This document shows positions 47,106-58,014 of a stretch of DNA of 64,000 nucleotides, piece after piece. Both the position numbers and the translations under genes were made by a program. The stretch is from Elusimicrobiota bacterium (GTDB lineage Bacteria; Elusimicrobiota; Elusimicrobia; UBA1565; UBA9628): the NCBI GenBank assembly GCA_023249675.1, contig JAHFCE010000011.1:2466-66465 (forward strand), read 5' to 3'. Positions within the stretch are counted from its first letter, which is position 1; each line of letters starts with the position of its first letter. The notes below the pieces were generated by a model. The model was not told where the DNA came from and made no database searches. It worked only from the letters and a program-made list of their open reading frames with translations.

Positions 47106-48215
47106 ATGTCCGTCCCATGGACCCCGCGTCAGCGTTGGGCCGTCCGTTTGAATGTGGACACGCCTCCGCGCCGTGCCTGGGATCTTCTTGAAACTTTGGG
47201 TCCGGAGGGTCTCGATCATGCCGTTGACGTCGATTGGGCCCGCGTCAGCGCGGCGACATTCGAGGACGTCGCCCCGTGGCGCCGCGCCGCCCTTGCCTTC
47301 GACGTCGCTGCCGAGGAGCTTCTTGCCGTTGAGCTCGGGGCTCGTCTGATTCTGCGCGGCGATCCGGAATACCCCGACCTCCTTGCCTCGATCCACGATC
47401 CGCCGCTCGTTCTCTATGTCCAGGGCTGTCTGGGCTCCTGCCCGCCGGTCGCCTTTGTCGGCACGCGCGTTCCCACGCCCTACGGCCGCCGCATGGTCCG
47501 CCGTCTGGCCGGCGACGCCTCCCGCCGCGGCCTGACCATCGTCAGCGGTCTCGCCCGGGGCATCGACGCGGAGGCGCATCTCGCGGCCCTCGACGCGAAA
47601 GGCCCGACGTGGGCCGTCCTCGGCACCGGTTTGGGTCACGTCTACCCCGCTGAGCACGGCGCCATGGCCCGCCGCATCGTCGCGGCGGGCGGTGCAGTGA
47701 TCTCGGAGAGGCCTCTTGAGACCCGGCCTCTGCCGGAACTGTTTCCCCGGCGCAACCGCATCGTGGCCGGCTTGTCCTGGGCCGTGGCGGTCGTCGAGGG
47801 GCGCCATAAGTCCGGGTCACTGATCACAGCCCGCCTAGCCGCTGAATATGGCCGTGAGGTTTTGGCCGTTCCCGGCCCGGCCGATTCCGTCATGTCCGAG
47901 GCTCCTCACCGGCTTCTAGCCGCCGGCGCGCGCCTGACGGCCACGGTGGACGACATACTGGCCGCGCTGCCCGAAGGTCAAATTCTGGAGGCTCGGCTGG
48001 TCCCCATGGCGGCGCCTGCGGCGTTCGCGGCCCCGACGGAGGAAGAGGCCGCAGTGATGGCCTTATTGGGCGCCGATGCCCTCTCCTTAGATGAACTGGT
48101 CCAGCTCTCTGGACTTGACACCACGCGCATTTCCTCTATAATGTTCGGGCTGGAACTGAAAGAAAGAGTATCCTCCGTGCCTGGACAACGCTATGCCCAA
48201 AAAGAAGCCCGCTGA
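47106..48215 (+). CDS. dprA: DNA-processing protein DprA
   Basis: YPDLL.SIHDPP, VGTR, VSGLARGID, FPRRNRIVAGLS, SGSLITA, C-terminal wHTH. Confidence 0.93.
   Translation: MSVPWTPRQRWAVRLNVDTPPRRAWDLLETLGPEGLDHAVDVDWARVSAATFEDVAPWRRAALAFDVAAEELLAVELGARLILRGDPEYPDLLASIHDPPLVLYVQGCLGSCPPVAFVGTRVPTPYGRRMVRRLAGDASRRGLTIVSGLARGIDAEAHLAALDAKGPTWAVLGTGLGHVYPAEHGAMARRIVAAGGAVISERPLETRPLPELFPRRNRIVAGLSWAVAVVEGRHKSGSLITARLAAEYGREVLAVPGPADSVMSEAPHRLLAAGARLTATVDDILAALPEGQILEARLVPMAAPAAFAAPTEEEAAVMALLGADALSLDELVQLSGLDTTRISSIMFGLELKERVSSVPGQRYAQKEAR
48115..48142 (+). promoter_or_regulatory. consensus sigma70 promoter inside dprA, upstream of topA
   Basis: TTGACA (48115-48120), 16-nt spacer, TATAAT (48137-48142). 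Confidence 0.65.
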
Positions 48216-50619
48216 AAAGAAGCTCGCCAAAGTCGCGCCGAAGGCCGCAGCCCCCGAAAAGACGGTCAAATCCGCCAAGGGCGCGCGCACCGGCCCCAGC
48301 CTGCTCGTCGTCGAGTCCCCGGCCAAGGAAAGGACGATCTCCCGCTTCCTCAAAGGTGAATTCGTGGTCAAGTCGTCGTTCGGCCACGTTCGCGATCTCC
48401 CCGTCCGCAAGATCGGCGTCAACGTGGACGACGATTTTTCGCCCCAGTACGTCGTCTTGCCCCGCGCCAAGAAGATCCTGGCCGAGTTCAAGTCCTTGGT
48501 CTCCAAGGCCGCTTTCGTCTACCTCGCGACCGACCATGACCGCGAGGGAGAGTCCATCGCCTGGCATCTGGTCGACCTGCTCAAGCTGAAGGCCGACCGG
48601 GTCAAGCGCATCACCTTCCATGAAATCACCCCGACCGCCATCAAGGCGGCCATCGCCGCGCCGCGCTCGATCGATGAGAACCTCGTGCACGCCCAGCAGG
48701 CCCGGCGCGTCATCGACCGCTTGGTCGGCTACAAGCTCTCGCCGCTGCTTTGGGTCAAGATTCAGAGCGGACTGTCCGCCGGCCGCGTGCAGTCCGTCGC
48801 CGTGCGCCTGCTGGCCGAGCGCGAGCGCGAGATCAAGGAGTTCGCCTCTGAAGGCTACTGGACTTTGACGGCTGCGCTCGAGAAGGACGGCGCGCCGCCC
48901 GTGTTCGACGCCAAGCTCTCTCTGTGGAAGAAGGAGAAGGTCGAGACGACCCGCGCCTACGACCTGTTCTCCGAGCAGTACCGCGTCAAGGCGACGACCT
49001 TGCGCACCGCCTCGGACATGGACGCGGTCTCGCGCCTCGTTCAAGGCGGCGTGTTCAAGGTGGTCAAGGTCGAGAAGAAAGAGGTCCGCCGCCGTCCGCC
49101 GCCCCCGTTTTCGACGTCGACTTTGCAGCAGGCCGCTTCCCAGAAGATGGGATTTGCGGCCGAACGCACGATGCGCATCGCCCAGTCCCTGTATGAAGGC
49201 GTGGACCTTGGCGGCAAGGATCCGGCCGGCCTCATCACCTATATGCGCACCGACTCATTTTCGATCGCCAAGACCGCGGCGGTGGAATGTGCGGCGTTTG
49301 TCAGAGAAACCTATGGAGACGGCTACGCTCCTCAAGAACCCCCGACGTATCAGACGAAGTCGCGCGGTGCCCAGGAGGCCCACGAGGCCATCCGTCCGAC
49401 GAGCGTTCTGCGCACGCCTGAGGAGGTCCGCAAGTTCCTGACCCCCGACCAGATCCGCCTCTACGAGCTCATCTGGAAGCGCTTCGTCGCGTCGCAGATG
49501 ATCGAGGCGACCTACGACACCGCCGCGGCCGATATCGCAAACGGAGAGTCGCTGTTCCACGGCACGGGCCGTACGCTGAAGAGCGAGGGTTTCCTGCGCG
49601 TGTACCGCGACGCGCCGAAAGGCGACGAGGAGCCCGACGAGGAGCCCGAGGAGGAGGAGGGCGGACGCCTGCCCCCGCTGAAGGAGGGCGACGAACTGAA
49701 GCTCGTCGAACTCAAGCCCGAGGAGCACCGCACGAGCCCGCCCCCGTATTACAATGAGGCGAGCCTGATTCGCGCGATGGAAAAGCACGGCATCGGCCGC
49801 CCTTCCACGTACGCGCCGACGATCAAGACGATCGTGGATCGCGGCTACGTGCGTCGGAACATGAAGGACCGCAAGCTCATTCCAACCGAGCTCGGCATTC
49901 TCGTGACCGAGAAGCTCAAAGGCCACTTCCCGGATGTCGTCAGCCTGACTTATACGGCCAACGTTGAGGCCCAGCTTGACAAGATCGCCGAGGGCGCGGC
50001 GGCTTGGACCGACGTGGTCAAGACCTTTTATGCGCCGTTCTCAAAGGCGTTGAGCTCTGCTGCGACCGAGATGGAGGCCTCGCGCATTGAGCCGAAGATG
50101 TCAGACGAGCTGTGCCCGATCTGTACCGCGCCCATGCTCATCCGCGAGAGCCGTTTCGGCAAATATCTGTCCTGTTCGACCTTTCCAAAATGCAAGGGCA
50201 AGATCCAGCTCACGCCCGAGGGCCAGAAGGTCGTCCTCGAGATGACCGGCGAGAACTGCGACTTGTGCGGCAAGGCGATGGTCATCCGCACGGGTCGCAA
50301 GGGCAAGTTCATGGCTTGTTCCGGCTATCCGGAGTGCAAGAACACGTTCTCGCTCGATGCCGACGGCAAGAAGGTCGCGGGCTCGCGCCCGCTGCGGACC
50401 ACGCGTCCCTGTAACAAGTGCCAGAAGCATATGTGGCTGCGCACGGGTAAACGTGGCTTCTTCCTGACCTGTCCCGGCTATCCGAAGTGCCGCAACTTGA
50501 AGCCGGTGTCGAAGGAAGAAGGCGAGAAGCTCCGCGTCGAGGGCGAAGCCCTGCTGGCGGCGCAGATCGCCGCGCGTCTTGCCGCGCCGCCGCCCGCGAT
50601 CCCGCAGGCTCAGGGCTGA
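48193..50619 (+). CDS. topA: DNA topoisomerase I
   Basis: VVESPAK, ATDHDREGE, SAGRVQS, ITYMRTD, GIGRPSTY, three C4 zinc ribbons. Confidence 0.97.
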   Translation: MPKKKPAEKKLAKVAPKAAAPEKTVKSAKGARTGPSLLVVESPAKERTISRFLKGEFVVKSSFGHVRDLPVRKIGVNVDDDFSPQYVVLPRAKKILAEFKSLVSKAAFVYLATDHDREGESIAWHLVDLLKLKADRVKRITFHEITPTAIKAAIAAPRSIDENLVHAQQARRVIDRLVGYKLSPLLWVKIQSGLSAGRVQSVAVRLLAEREREIKEFASEGYWTLTAALEKDGAPPVFDAKLSLWKKEKVETTRAYDLFSEQYRVKATTLRTASDMDAVSRLVQGGVFKVVKVEKKEVRRRPPPPFSTSTLQQAASQKMGFAAERTMRIAQSLYEGVDLGGKDPAGLITYMRTDSFSIAKTAAVECAAFVRETYGDGYAPQEPPTYQTKSRGAQEAHEAIRPTSVLRTPEEVRKFLTPDQIRLYELIWKRFVASQMIEATYDTAAADIANGESLFHGTGRTLKSEGFLRVYRDAPKGDEEPDEEPEEEEGGRLPPLKEGDELKLVELKPEEHRTSPPPYYNEASLIRAMEKHGIGRPSTYAPTIKTIVDRGYVRRNMKDRKLIPTELGILVTEKLKGHFPDVVSLTYTANVEAQLDKIAEGAAAWTDVVKTFYAPFSKALSSAATEMEASRIEPKMSDELCPICTAPMLIRESRFGKYLSCSTFPKCKGKIQLTPEGQKVVLEMTGENCDLCGKAMVIRTGRKGKFMACSGYPECKNTFSLDADGKKVAGSRPLRTTRPCNKCQKHMWLRTGKRGFFLTCPGYPKCRNLKPVSKEEGEKLRVEGEALLAAQIAARLAAPPPAIPQAQG

Positions 50620-50629
50620 CGCGCAGGCC

Positions 50630-51541
50630 ATGACCAAGCTCGCCGCGGACTCGGGAGCGTTGCGCCTTGAGACCGAGCGTTTCCTGACCCATCTGCGCGC
50701 CACGCGCAACTACTCCCCGCACACCCTGCGCGCCTACGGCAAGGACCTCGAGGCGTTCGTCGTCCAATATCCGGGGCTCGAGCCGGGCGCGATTGAGCGC
50801 GTGCATGTGCGCGCTTTCCTGTCCGGCCTCCAGAAAGAGGGGGGCGGGCTCGCGCGGGCGACGATTCTGCGGCGCATGGCGGCCCTGCGTTCGTTTGTCA
50901 AATTCTTGCGCGCCGGCGGCCGCCTGAAGGGCAACCCGATCTTCGGCGTTCCCCTGCCCAAGCGTGGCCGTCCTCTGCCAAAATTCCTCACGGAAAACGA
51001 GATGACGGAGCTGTTTGCCGCGTCCCGCAACGACAATGCGAATCAGCATGTCCGAGATCGCGCTTTGTTGGAGCTGATCTATTCTTCCGGCCTGCGTCGC
51101 TGCGAAGTCGCGGCGCTCAATGTGGGCGATGTGGACTCCCTGAGCGGGACCGTGCGCGTATTCGGAAAAGGCTCGAAGGAGCGAATCGTCCCCGTCGGCA
51201 ACGACGCGCTCAGATGCCTGCATGATTACCTCAAGCGGAGGGGCGGGTCTGAAGACGCCGCGCCTCTGTTTCTCAACTCGCGGGGCGGCCGTCTGTCCGA
51301 TGGAGGCATCGTTTACCTGCTCAGCCGGTGGATCAAGCGCTCGTCCCTTAAGAAAAAAATAACACCCCATGTCCTTCGGCATAGTTTTGCCACGCATTTA
51401 ATGAACAGAGGCTGCGACATTCGAACGGTCCAAGAGATGCTTGGGCATGTCAGCCTGCAGACGACCCAGATCTACACTCACGTCTCCCTCGACCGGATCA
51501 AAGAGGTCTATAAAAAAACTCACCCGCGGAACGCGGGATGA
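50630..51541 (+). CDS. xerC: tyrosine recombinase XerC
   Basis: SPHTLRAY, RDRALLELIYSSGLR, GKGSKER, HVLRHSFATH, LGH, TQIYTH; follows topA. Confidence 0.88.
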   Translation: MTKLAADSGALRLETERFLTHLRATRNYSPHTLRAYGKDLEAFVVQYPGLEPGAIERVHVRAFLSGLQKEGGGLARATILRRMAALRSFVKFLRAGGRLKGNPIFGVPLPKRGRPLPKFLTENEMTELFAASRNDNANQHVRDRALLELIYSSGLRRCEVAALNVGDVDSLSGTVRVFGKGSKERIVPVGNDALRCLHDYLKRRGGSEDAAPLFLNSRGGRLSDGGIVYLLSRWIKRSSLKKKITPHVLRHSFATHLMNRGCDIRTVQEMLGHVSLQTTQIYTHVSLDRIKEVYKKTHPRNAG

Positions 51542-52485
51542 AAGACAAGATCGAGCTTCTCATGGAGGAAACCGGCTGCGACCGCGGCGAGGCGGAGCTC
51601 GCTCTCGAGATGTGCGGCTACGAGGTCGAGGCGGCCGTCCGCCAGATTCCGCGTCTGCTCAATGACATCTGCGCGCTCAAGGGGAAGTTCGTGCGGCTCA
51701 ACGAGAACCAGCATGGGCTGTTCCTTGTCGTGCTGAACCTCAAGAGCCGCAAGGTTCTGCGCTCGCGCGCCGTCATGTCCTACGACCCGGCGGTATGTGC
51801 CGTCGAGCTCGCCGAGGATTGGTTTGCCTTCGAGAAGCACCTGTACGGCTGCCGCCTTTGGGACGGGAGCCTCCCGGCCGAGAGCCTCGAAGTCGAGCAG
51901 CGCTTGGCCGCTCACTTTCGCGCGGCCGGGCCCGAGGTCTTCGACCGTTTGCGCGCGTCGACTTCGGAGGAATCGACCGCCGAGCTCGCCGGACCCTTGC
52001 GCGCGTATTTTCGCGATCAAAGTTTGAGCCTCCGCGCGAAAAAGGATATCCTCGACCTCGGCCAGTTCCAGTCCCTGCGCAAGGTGCCGGCGCCGGCTGC
52101 TCGCCGCGGCAAACCCGAGCCGGGCGTGCCGTCCGCGGATGGTTTGCTCGTCTTGAAGATCATTCTTGAGGAAGATCCGAATGGTTTGCCTGCGAGCGCG
52201 CTGCACGCGGGAGACATGATGTTCGCGCGGATCGTCGATGGACGGGATATCGCGCGGTATCTCGCTCGGCTGTTCGGTGGACTGACGGCGTCGGGACCGG
52301 TGCCCATCGAGGCGCCGGTTGAGGCGATCGAGTCGAGTCAGGCGGGGACGCTTGTGCGCGTGCGCTTCGCCGTCGGAGTCGCAGGCGACGCGCTCGTGCC
52401 CGGTGAGAAGCGGTTGAAGGCCGCGCGCGGCGTCGCTCACGGCCGCGGCGACGGTTCGTGGTGGCGTCGATTTTTTAAAGGATGA
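51538..52485 (+). CDS. hypothetical protein with N-terminal UBA-like domain
   Basis: DKIELLMEETGCDRGEAELALEMCGYEVEAAV resembles NAC/EF-Ts UBA-like helices. Confidence 0.65.
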   Translation: MKDKIELLMEETGCDRGEAELALEMCGYEVEAAVRQIPRLLNDICALKGKFVRLNENQHGLFLVVLNLKSRKVLRSRAVMSYDPAVCAVELAEDWFAFEKHLYGCRLWDGSLPAESLEVEQRLAAHFRAAGPEVFDRLRASTSEESTAELAGPLRAYFRDQSLSLRAKKDILDLGQFQSLRKVPAPAARRGKPEPGVPSADGLLVLKIILEEDPNGLPASALHAGDMMFARIVDGRDIARYLARLFGGLTASGPVPIEAPVEAIESSQAGTLVRVRFAVGVAGDALVPGEKRLKAARGVAHGRGDGSWWRRFFKG

Positions 52486-52500
52486 TGGTTGGCGGTTGGC

Positions 52501-53871
<1,371 letters not shown>

Positions 53872-53893
53872 CTGTCGGGGAGAAGTCTGGGTC

Positions 53894-53921
53894 TTGACAA
53901 TGCAATGGGGCCTGTTATACT
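53894..53921 (+). promoter_or_regulatory. sigma70-type promoter
   Basis: TTGACA (53894-53899), 16-nt spacer, TATACT (53916-53921) with TGn extension. Confidence 0.65.
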
Positions 53922-54064
53922 GCAGGTGGGTTCGCGCTTTCGCTCGGCCTCAGCTTGCCATCAACGGGACAGAGGGGTTCGATGGCCAGTGGGGCCGGGC
54001 CTGTTTTTGGCCCAGGCGTCCGAATAGGCTTGATGGTGGGGGCGGCGACTCGCTAGAATAGCGC

Positions 54065-56140
54065 ATGAATCTGCTCGGCAAGTCCTTCCCCAAGCGCTTC
54101 TGCGCGGTGTTCTGCCTCCTTGCCGCGGTCGCCTACCTCCCGATGCTCGTCGGTATCCCCAGCAACGGGGTGTTCTCCTCCGTCGAAAGCGTTTGGCACG
54201 ACCTCTCGTTCACTGTGCGCGAAGGGAGCATCAGGACCGGCGATCCTCGGCTCGTCCTGGTGGCCGTCGATGACGACACGGTGCACAGGCTCGGTTTCCC
54301 GCTGCCGCGCAAGGCCTACGCGCAGGCGCTCTCGAAGTTGAAGGACTACGGCGTTGCGACCGTGGTATTCGACGTGCTCTTCTTCGAGAACCGCGCGGGC
54401 GATGCTGAACTCGCCGCGCAGACGAAGCGGCACGGCAAGGTCGTCCATCTCTTTATTGCAGAGAGGCCCGAGGGAGTCGAGCAAGTCCGCGTGCAGATGG
54501 CGGTCAAGCCGCTCAAGGACGCCGCGCAATTCCTCGGTTCGCCGAGCATCGCCCGGCATCTCGATGATGACGGGCATATCCGCACCTTCCTGCTGTTCAA
54601 CCGCGATTTTGAGGATCCTGTGCTGAAGAACGGCCAGCCCGCGGCCTCCCTGGCGGCCGCGGCGGTGGCGAGTTTCTCGGGCAAGACGCTCGAGCAGGTG
54701 CTGAAGGAAAATCCCGCGGACCAGACGCCGATCCCGGTTCTCAACTTTCGCAAGCCCGTCGAGTGGGCTCGGCATGAGAACGGCGGCTCGAGGGACAAGT
54801 ATTTCTCGCCCTACCGCACGATCTCCCTGATGGATGTGATCTCGGGCGAGCTCTCGAAGGCGCAGAAAGAGTCGCTGAAGGGCGCGCTCGTCATGGTCGG
54901 CTCCATCAGTACCGGCTACTTCGACCATTACCCCGGTCCGTTCACCGCCCACACGCCCGGCCTCGAATTCCATTTGACGGCCATCGACAACGTCCTGAAC
55001 GGCGACGCGCTTGCGGCCACCAGCCGATTGCTCGTGCTCCTACTCGTGGTGCTTACAGTCTGGCTGCCCTATTTCTTCCTGCGCGCGCTGTCTCCCGCCA
55101 AGAGCGCGCTCGCCGTCGCGGCGTTGCTCGCGGCGATGGTGTGGGGCTCTCTGAGTCTGGCGGGGCGTGGTGTGATGATCTATCCGGTGGCGCCCGGTCT
55201 GGTCATGATCGTGAGCTTCCTTGTGCTCACCGTGCACCGTGTCCTCATCGAGGACGCGGCGAAGCAGTTGATCAAGGCCAAGTTTGGGCAGTTCGTCTCA
55301 CCTGAGATCGTCGAAGAGCTGGCCAATGACCCCGAGAAGGCCAAGCTCGGCGCGCAGAAGCGCGAAATGACGGTCTTTTTTCTCGATATCGCGCACTTTA
55401 CTCAGATCTCGGAGAAGATGGGTCCCGAGGCGCTGATTGCGTTCCTCAACAGGTATCTATCTGCTCTCAGCGAGGTCATCCTCGACCGTCGCGGCACGAT
55501 CGACAAGTTCATCGGCGACTGCATCATGGCGTTCTGGAACGCTCCGCTCGAGAATAAGACCCATGCCCGCGACGCGGTGCTCGCTGCCCTGCATTGCCAG
55601 GCCATGATCGGCGAACTGAATAAGAATCTTGACCCTGGCCTGCCGGAGATCCCGGCGATTCGCATCGGGGTCAACACGGGTTTGATGAACGTCGGCTTCA
55701 CTGGGACTGAGCGCAAGATGCAGTACACCGCGATCGGCGATGAGGTCAACCTCGCCTCGCGCCTGGAAGGGGCCAACAAATTCTTCGGCTCGAGCATCAT
55801 CATCAGCGCGCCGACTTACGACGGCGCGAAGGACGCGGTCGAGGCGCGCTATCTCGGGCGCGCGCGCGTGGTCGGCAAGCAGACGCCGGTGCCGGTCTAT
55901 GAGCCGCTTGCCGAAAAGGGCAAGCTGACGCCGGCGTGGGCGAAGGCCCTGCCCGTCTGGGAAATGGGCATCCAGGCTTTCTACGACAAGAAGTACGAGG
56001 CAGCCCTCGCCGGGTTCACGGAGTTCTTGAGTCTGATGCCTCAGGATGGACCGGGCGAGCTGTACCTCAACATCTCTCGCGACTACGCGGCCCTGCCGCC
56101 CGACGATTGGGACCAGGTCTTCAACCTCACGGCGAAATAG
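54065..56140 (+). CDS. CHASE2-domain class III adenylate cyclase
   Basis: LVAVDDDT, VFDVLF and PGLEFH (CHASE2), 3 TM, FLDIAHFT, DKFIGDCIMAFW, YTAIGDEVNLASRLEG (K/T specificity residues suggest ATP). Confidence 0.92.
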   Translation: MNLLGKSFPKRFCAVFCLLAAVAYLPMLVGIPSNGVFSSVESVWHDLSFTVREGSIRTGDPRLVLVAVDDDTVHRLGFPLPRKAYAQALSKLKDYGVATVVFDVLFFENRAGDAELAAQTKRHGKVVHLFIAERPEGVEQVRVQMAVKPLKDAAQFLGSPSIARHLDDDGHIRTFLLFNRDFEDPVLKNGQPAASLAAAAVASFSGKTLEQVLKENPADQTPIPVLNFRKPVEWARHENGGSRDKYFSPYRTISLMDVISGELSKAQKESLKGALVMVGSISTGYFDHYPGPFTAHTPGLEFHLTAIDNVLNGDALAATSRLLVLLLVVLTVWLPYFFLRALSPAKSALAVAALLAAMVWGSLSLAGRGVMIYPVAPGLVMIVSFLVLTVHRVLIEDAAKQLIKAKFGQFVSPEIVEELANDPEKAKLGAQKREMTVFFLDIAHFTQISEKMGPEALIAFLNRYLSALSEVILDRRGTIDKFIGDCIMAFWNAPLENKTHARDAVLAALHCQAMIGELNKNLDPGLPEIPAIRIGVNTGLMNVGFTGTERKMQYTAIGDEVNLASRLEGANKFFGSSIIISAPTYDGAKDAVEARYLGRARVVGKQTPVPVYEPLAEKGKLTPAWAKALPVWEMGIQAFYDKKYEAALAGFTEFLSLMPQDGPGELYLNISRDYAALPPDDWDQVFNLTAK

Positions 56141-56142
56141 AG

Positions 56143-56859
56143 ATGAATATTTTCTGGCGGTTAATGTTCGGCCACCTGCTCTGTGACTTCACGTTTCAGA
56201 CGAATTTCATCAATCGTTGGAAGCGTACAAGCATGTGGGGCCTGCTCGTGCACAGTGTGATGCACCCGGTTGCCTATCTGATCGTCGCCTGGCCTTTCCT
56301 TGGCGACTATTGGGTCGAGAATGTTTTCTTTCGTCTTGATGGTTGGTCGTGCGTCGGGATCATTTTCATCTTTCACTTCCTTGAAGATTGGTGGCGTGTG
56401 TACACCATCTTCAAGTACGGGATGCCTGACAACACCCTGTTCTTCGCCTGGGATCAGGTCATTCATTATGCGGTGATCTTTTCCGTAGCGCCCCTGGCCG
56501 TCACCACGACGGCGACGGCCGTGTTTTTCCCGGAGAAATGGCCGGTGCTCGGCTGCCTGTTCGTGCTCGTCACGCACGCCTGCACCGTGCTCGTCTACTT
56601 CCTGGAGAAGGATCTCCACGGCGCCGACTACCCCGGCGACGATGAGAAGTACCTTGCGATGGCTGAGCGCCTCGTGTTGGCGCTGTGCTTCCTGTTTCCG
56701 AGCGTGCTTGGCTCGTGCGCGCTCGCGGCGGGCTGGCTTGGGGTGATGTTCTTTCTGCGCCGGCGTCGCTTGTTCGACTTGACCACTTTCAGCTTCTACA
56801 TGGGTGCGGCTATCGCGGTGCTCTGCGGGCTGGGCGCCCGGGCCATCTACTACTTGTAG
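56143..56859 (+). CDS. DUF3307-family membrane protein
   Basis: GHLLCDFTFQT, LLVH...H, HFLED, FFAWDQVIH. Confidence 0.75.
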   Translation: MNIFWRLMFGHLLCDFTFQTNFINRWKRTSMWGLLVHSVMHPVAYLIVAWPFLGDYWVENVFFRLDGWSCVGIIFIFHFLEDWWRVYTIFKYGMPDNTLFFAWDQVIHYAVIFSVAPLAVTTTATAVFFPEKWPVLGCLFVLVTHACTVLVYFLEKDLHGADYPGDDEKYLAMAERLVLALCFLFPSVLGSCALAAGWLGVMFFLRRRRLFDLTTFSFYMGAAIAVLCGLGARAIYYL

Positions 56860-56868
56860 GGGACCTTC

Positions 56869-58014
56869 ATGAACGATATCCTCATCCTCTCCGCCTCGCG
56901 TACTCCCATCGGCGCGCTCAACGGTGCGCTCGCCCAATACACCGCGCCGCAGCTGGCCGCCAAGGCTGTCGCGGATGCGATCGCCAAGGCCGGAGTCAAA
57001 GCCGAGGAGCTGAGCGAGGTCGTGCTCGGCTGCGTGATCAGCGCCGGCATCGGCCAGGCGCCGGCGCGCATGGCCGCGATTGGAGCCGGCATTCCTGTTT
57101 CTGTCGGCGCCACGACGGTCAACAAGGTCTGCGGCTCGGGCATGAAAGCAGTCATGATGGTTTCTCAAGGGATCGCCCTTGGAGAGGGCGACTACGGATT
57201 GGCCGGCGGCATGGAGTCCATGTCGAAGGCGCCGTACCTTCTTGACAGGGCTCGCTCCGGGTACCGCTATGGCGACGCGAAGCTTCTTGACTCCGTGCTG
57301 CGCGACGGTCTGACGGATCCCTACGAGGGCGTGCACATGGGGGACTGCGGCGAGCTGTGCGCCAAGGAGCACGGCTTGACGCGCGAGGCGCAGGACGCGT
57401 GGGCGGTGCGCTCGTATGAGCGCGCGCAGGAAGCCGTCGCCAAGGGTTGGTTCAAAAACGAGATCGTCGCGATCGACGGTATCGAGCTTGATGAGGAGCC
57501 TGGCCGCGCCAAGCTCGATAAGATCGGCAAGCTGCGTCCCGCGTTCCAGAAGGATGGGACCATCACCGCCGCCAACGCCTCCAAACTCAACGATGGCGCC
57601 GCGGCTCTCGTGTTGGCGAGCACGAAGGGCGCGGCAGGCAAAAAGCCGCTCGCTCGGATCGTCGGTTGGGCCACGCACTCGCAGGAGCCGAAGTGGTTCA
57701 CGACCGCGCCGGCCGGGGCCGTGCAGAAGCTGTTGAAAAAAATCGGCTGGACCGTCGATCAAGTGGATCTCTTTGAAGTCAACGAAGCTTTCGCCGTGGT
57801 GACCCTTGCCGTGGCGAAACTCGCGAACCTGCCCCACGAAAAAATAAATGTCCATGGCGGCGCAGTGGCCCTTGGCCACCCGCTCGGCGCCTCGGGCGCG
57901 CGCATCCTCGCGACCTTGATCAACGCGCTCAGAATCCGCGGCGGCAAGCGCGGAATCGCAGGCATCTGCCTCGGCGGCGGGGAGGCCGTGGCCGTTGCCC
58001 TTGAACTCGTTTAA
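56869..58014 (+). CDS. acetyl-CoA acetyltransferase (thiolase)
   Basis: NKVCGSG, GGMESMS, NEAFA, GHPLGASG, CLGGGE. Confidence 0.95.
   Translation: MNDILILSASRTPIGALNGALAQYTAPQLAAKAVADAIAKAGVKAEELSEVVLGCVISAGIGQAPARMAAIGAGIPVSVGATTVNKVCGSGMKAVMMVSQGIALGEGDYGLAGGMESMSKAPYLLDRARSGYRYGDAKLLDSVLRDGLTDPYEGVHMGDCGELCAKEHGLTREAQDAWAVRSYERAQEAVAKGWFKNEIVAIDGIELDEEPGRAKLDKIGKLRPAFQKDGTITAANASKLNDGAAALVLASTKGAAGKKPLARIVGWATHSQEPKWFTTAPAGAVQKLLKKIGWTVDQVDLFEVNEAFAVVTLAVAKLANLPHEKINVHGGAVALGHPLGASGARILATLINALRIRGGKRGIAGICLGGGEAVAVALELV

Noticed and set aside
50630-51541. Tyrosine recombinase as a phage or island integrase
   Set aside because: Size, motifs and the dprA-topA-xerC context indicate housekeeping XerC; no att repeats or cargo genes
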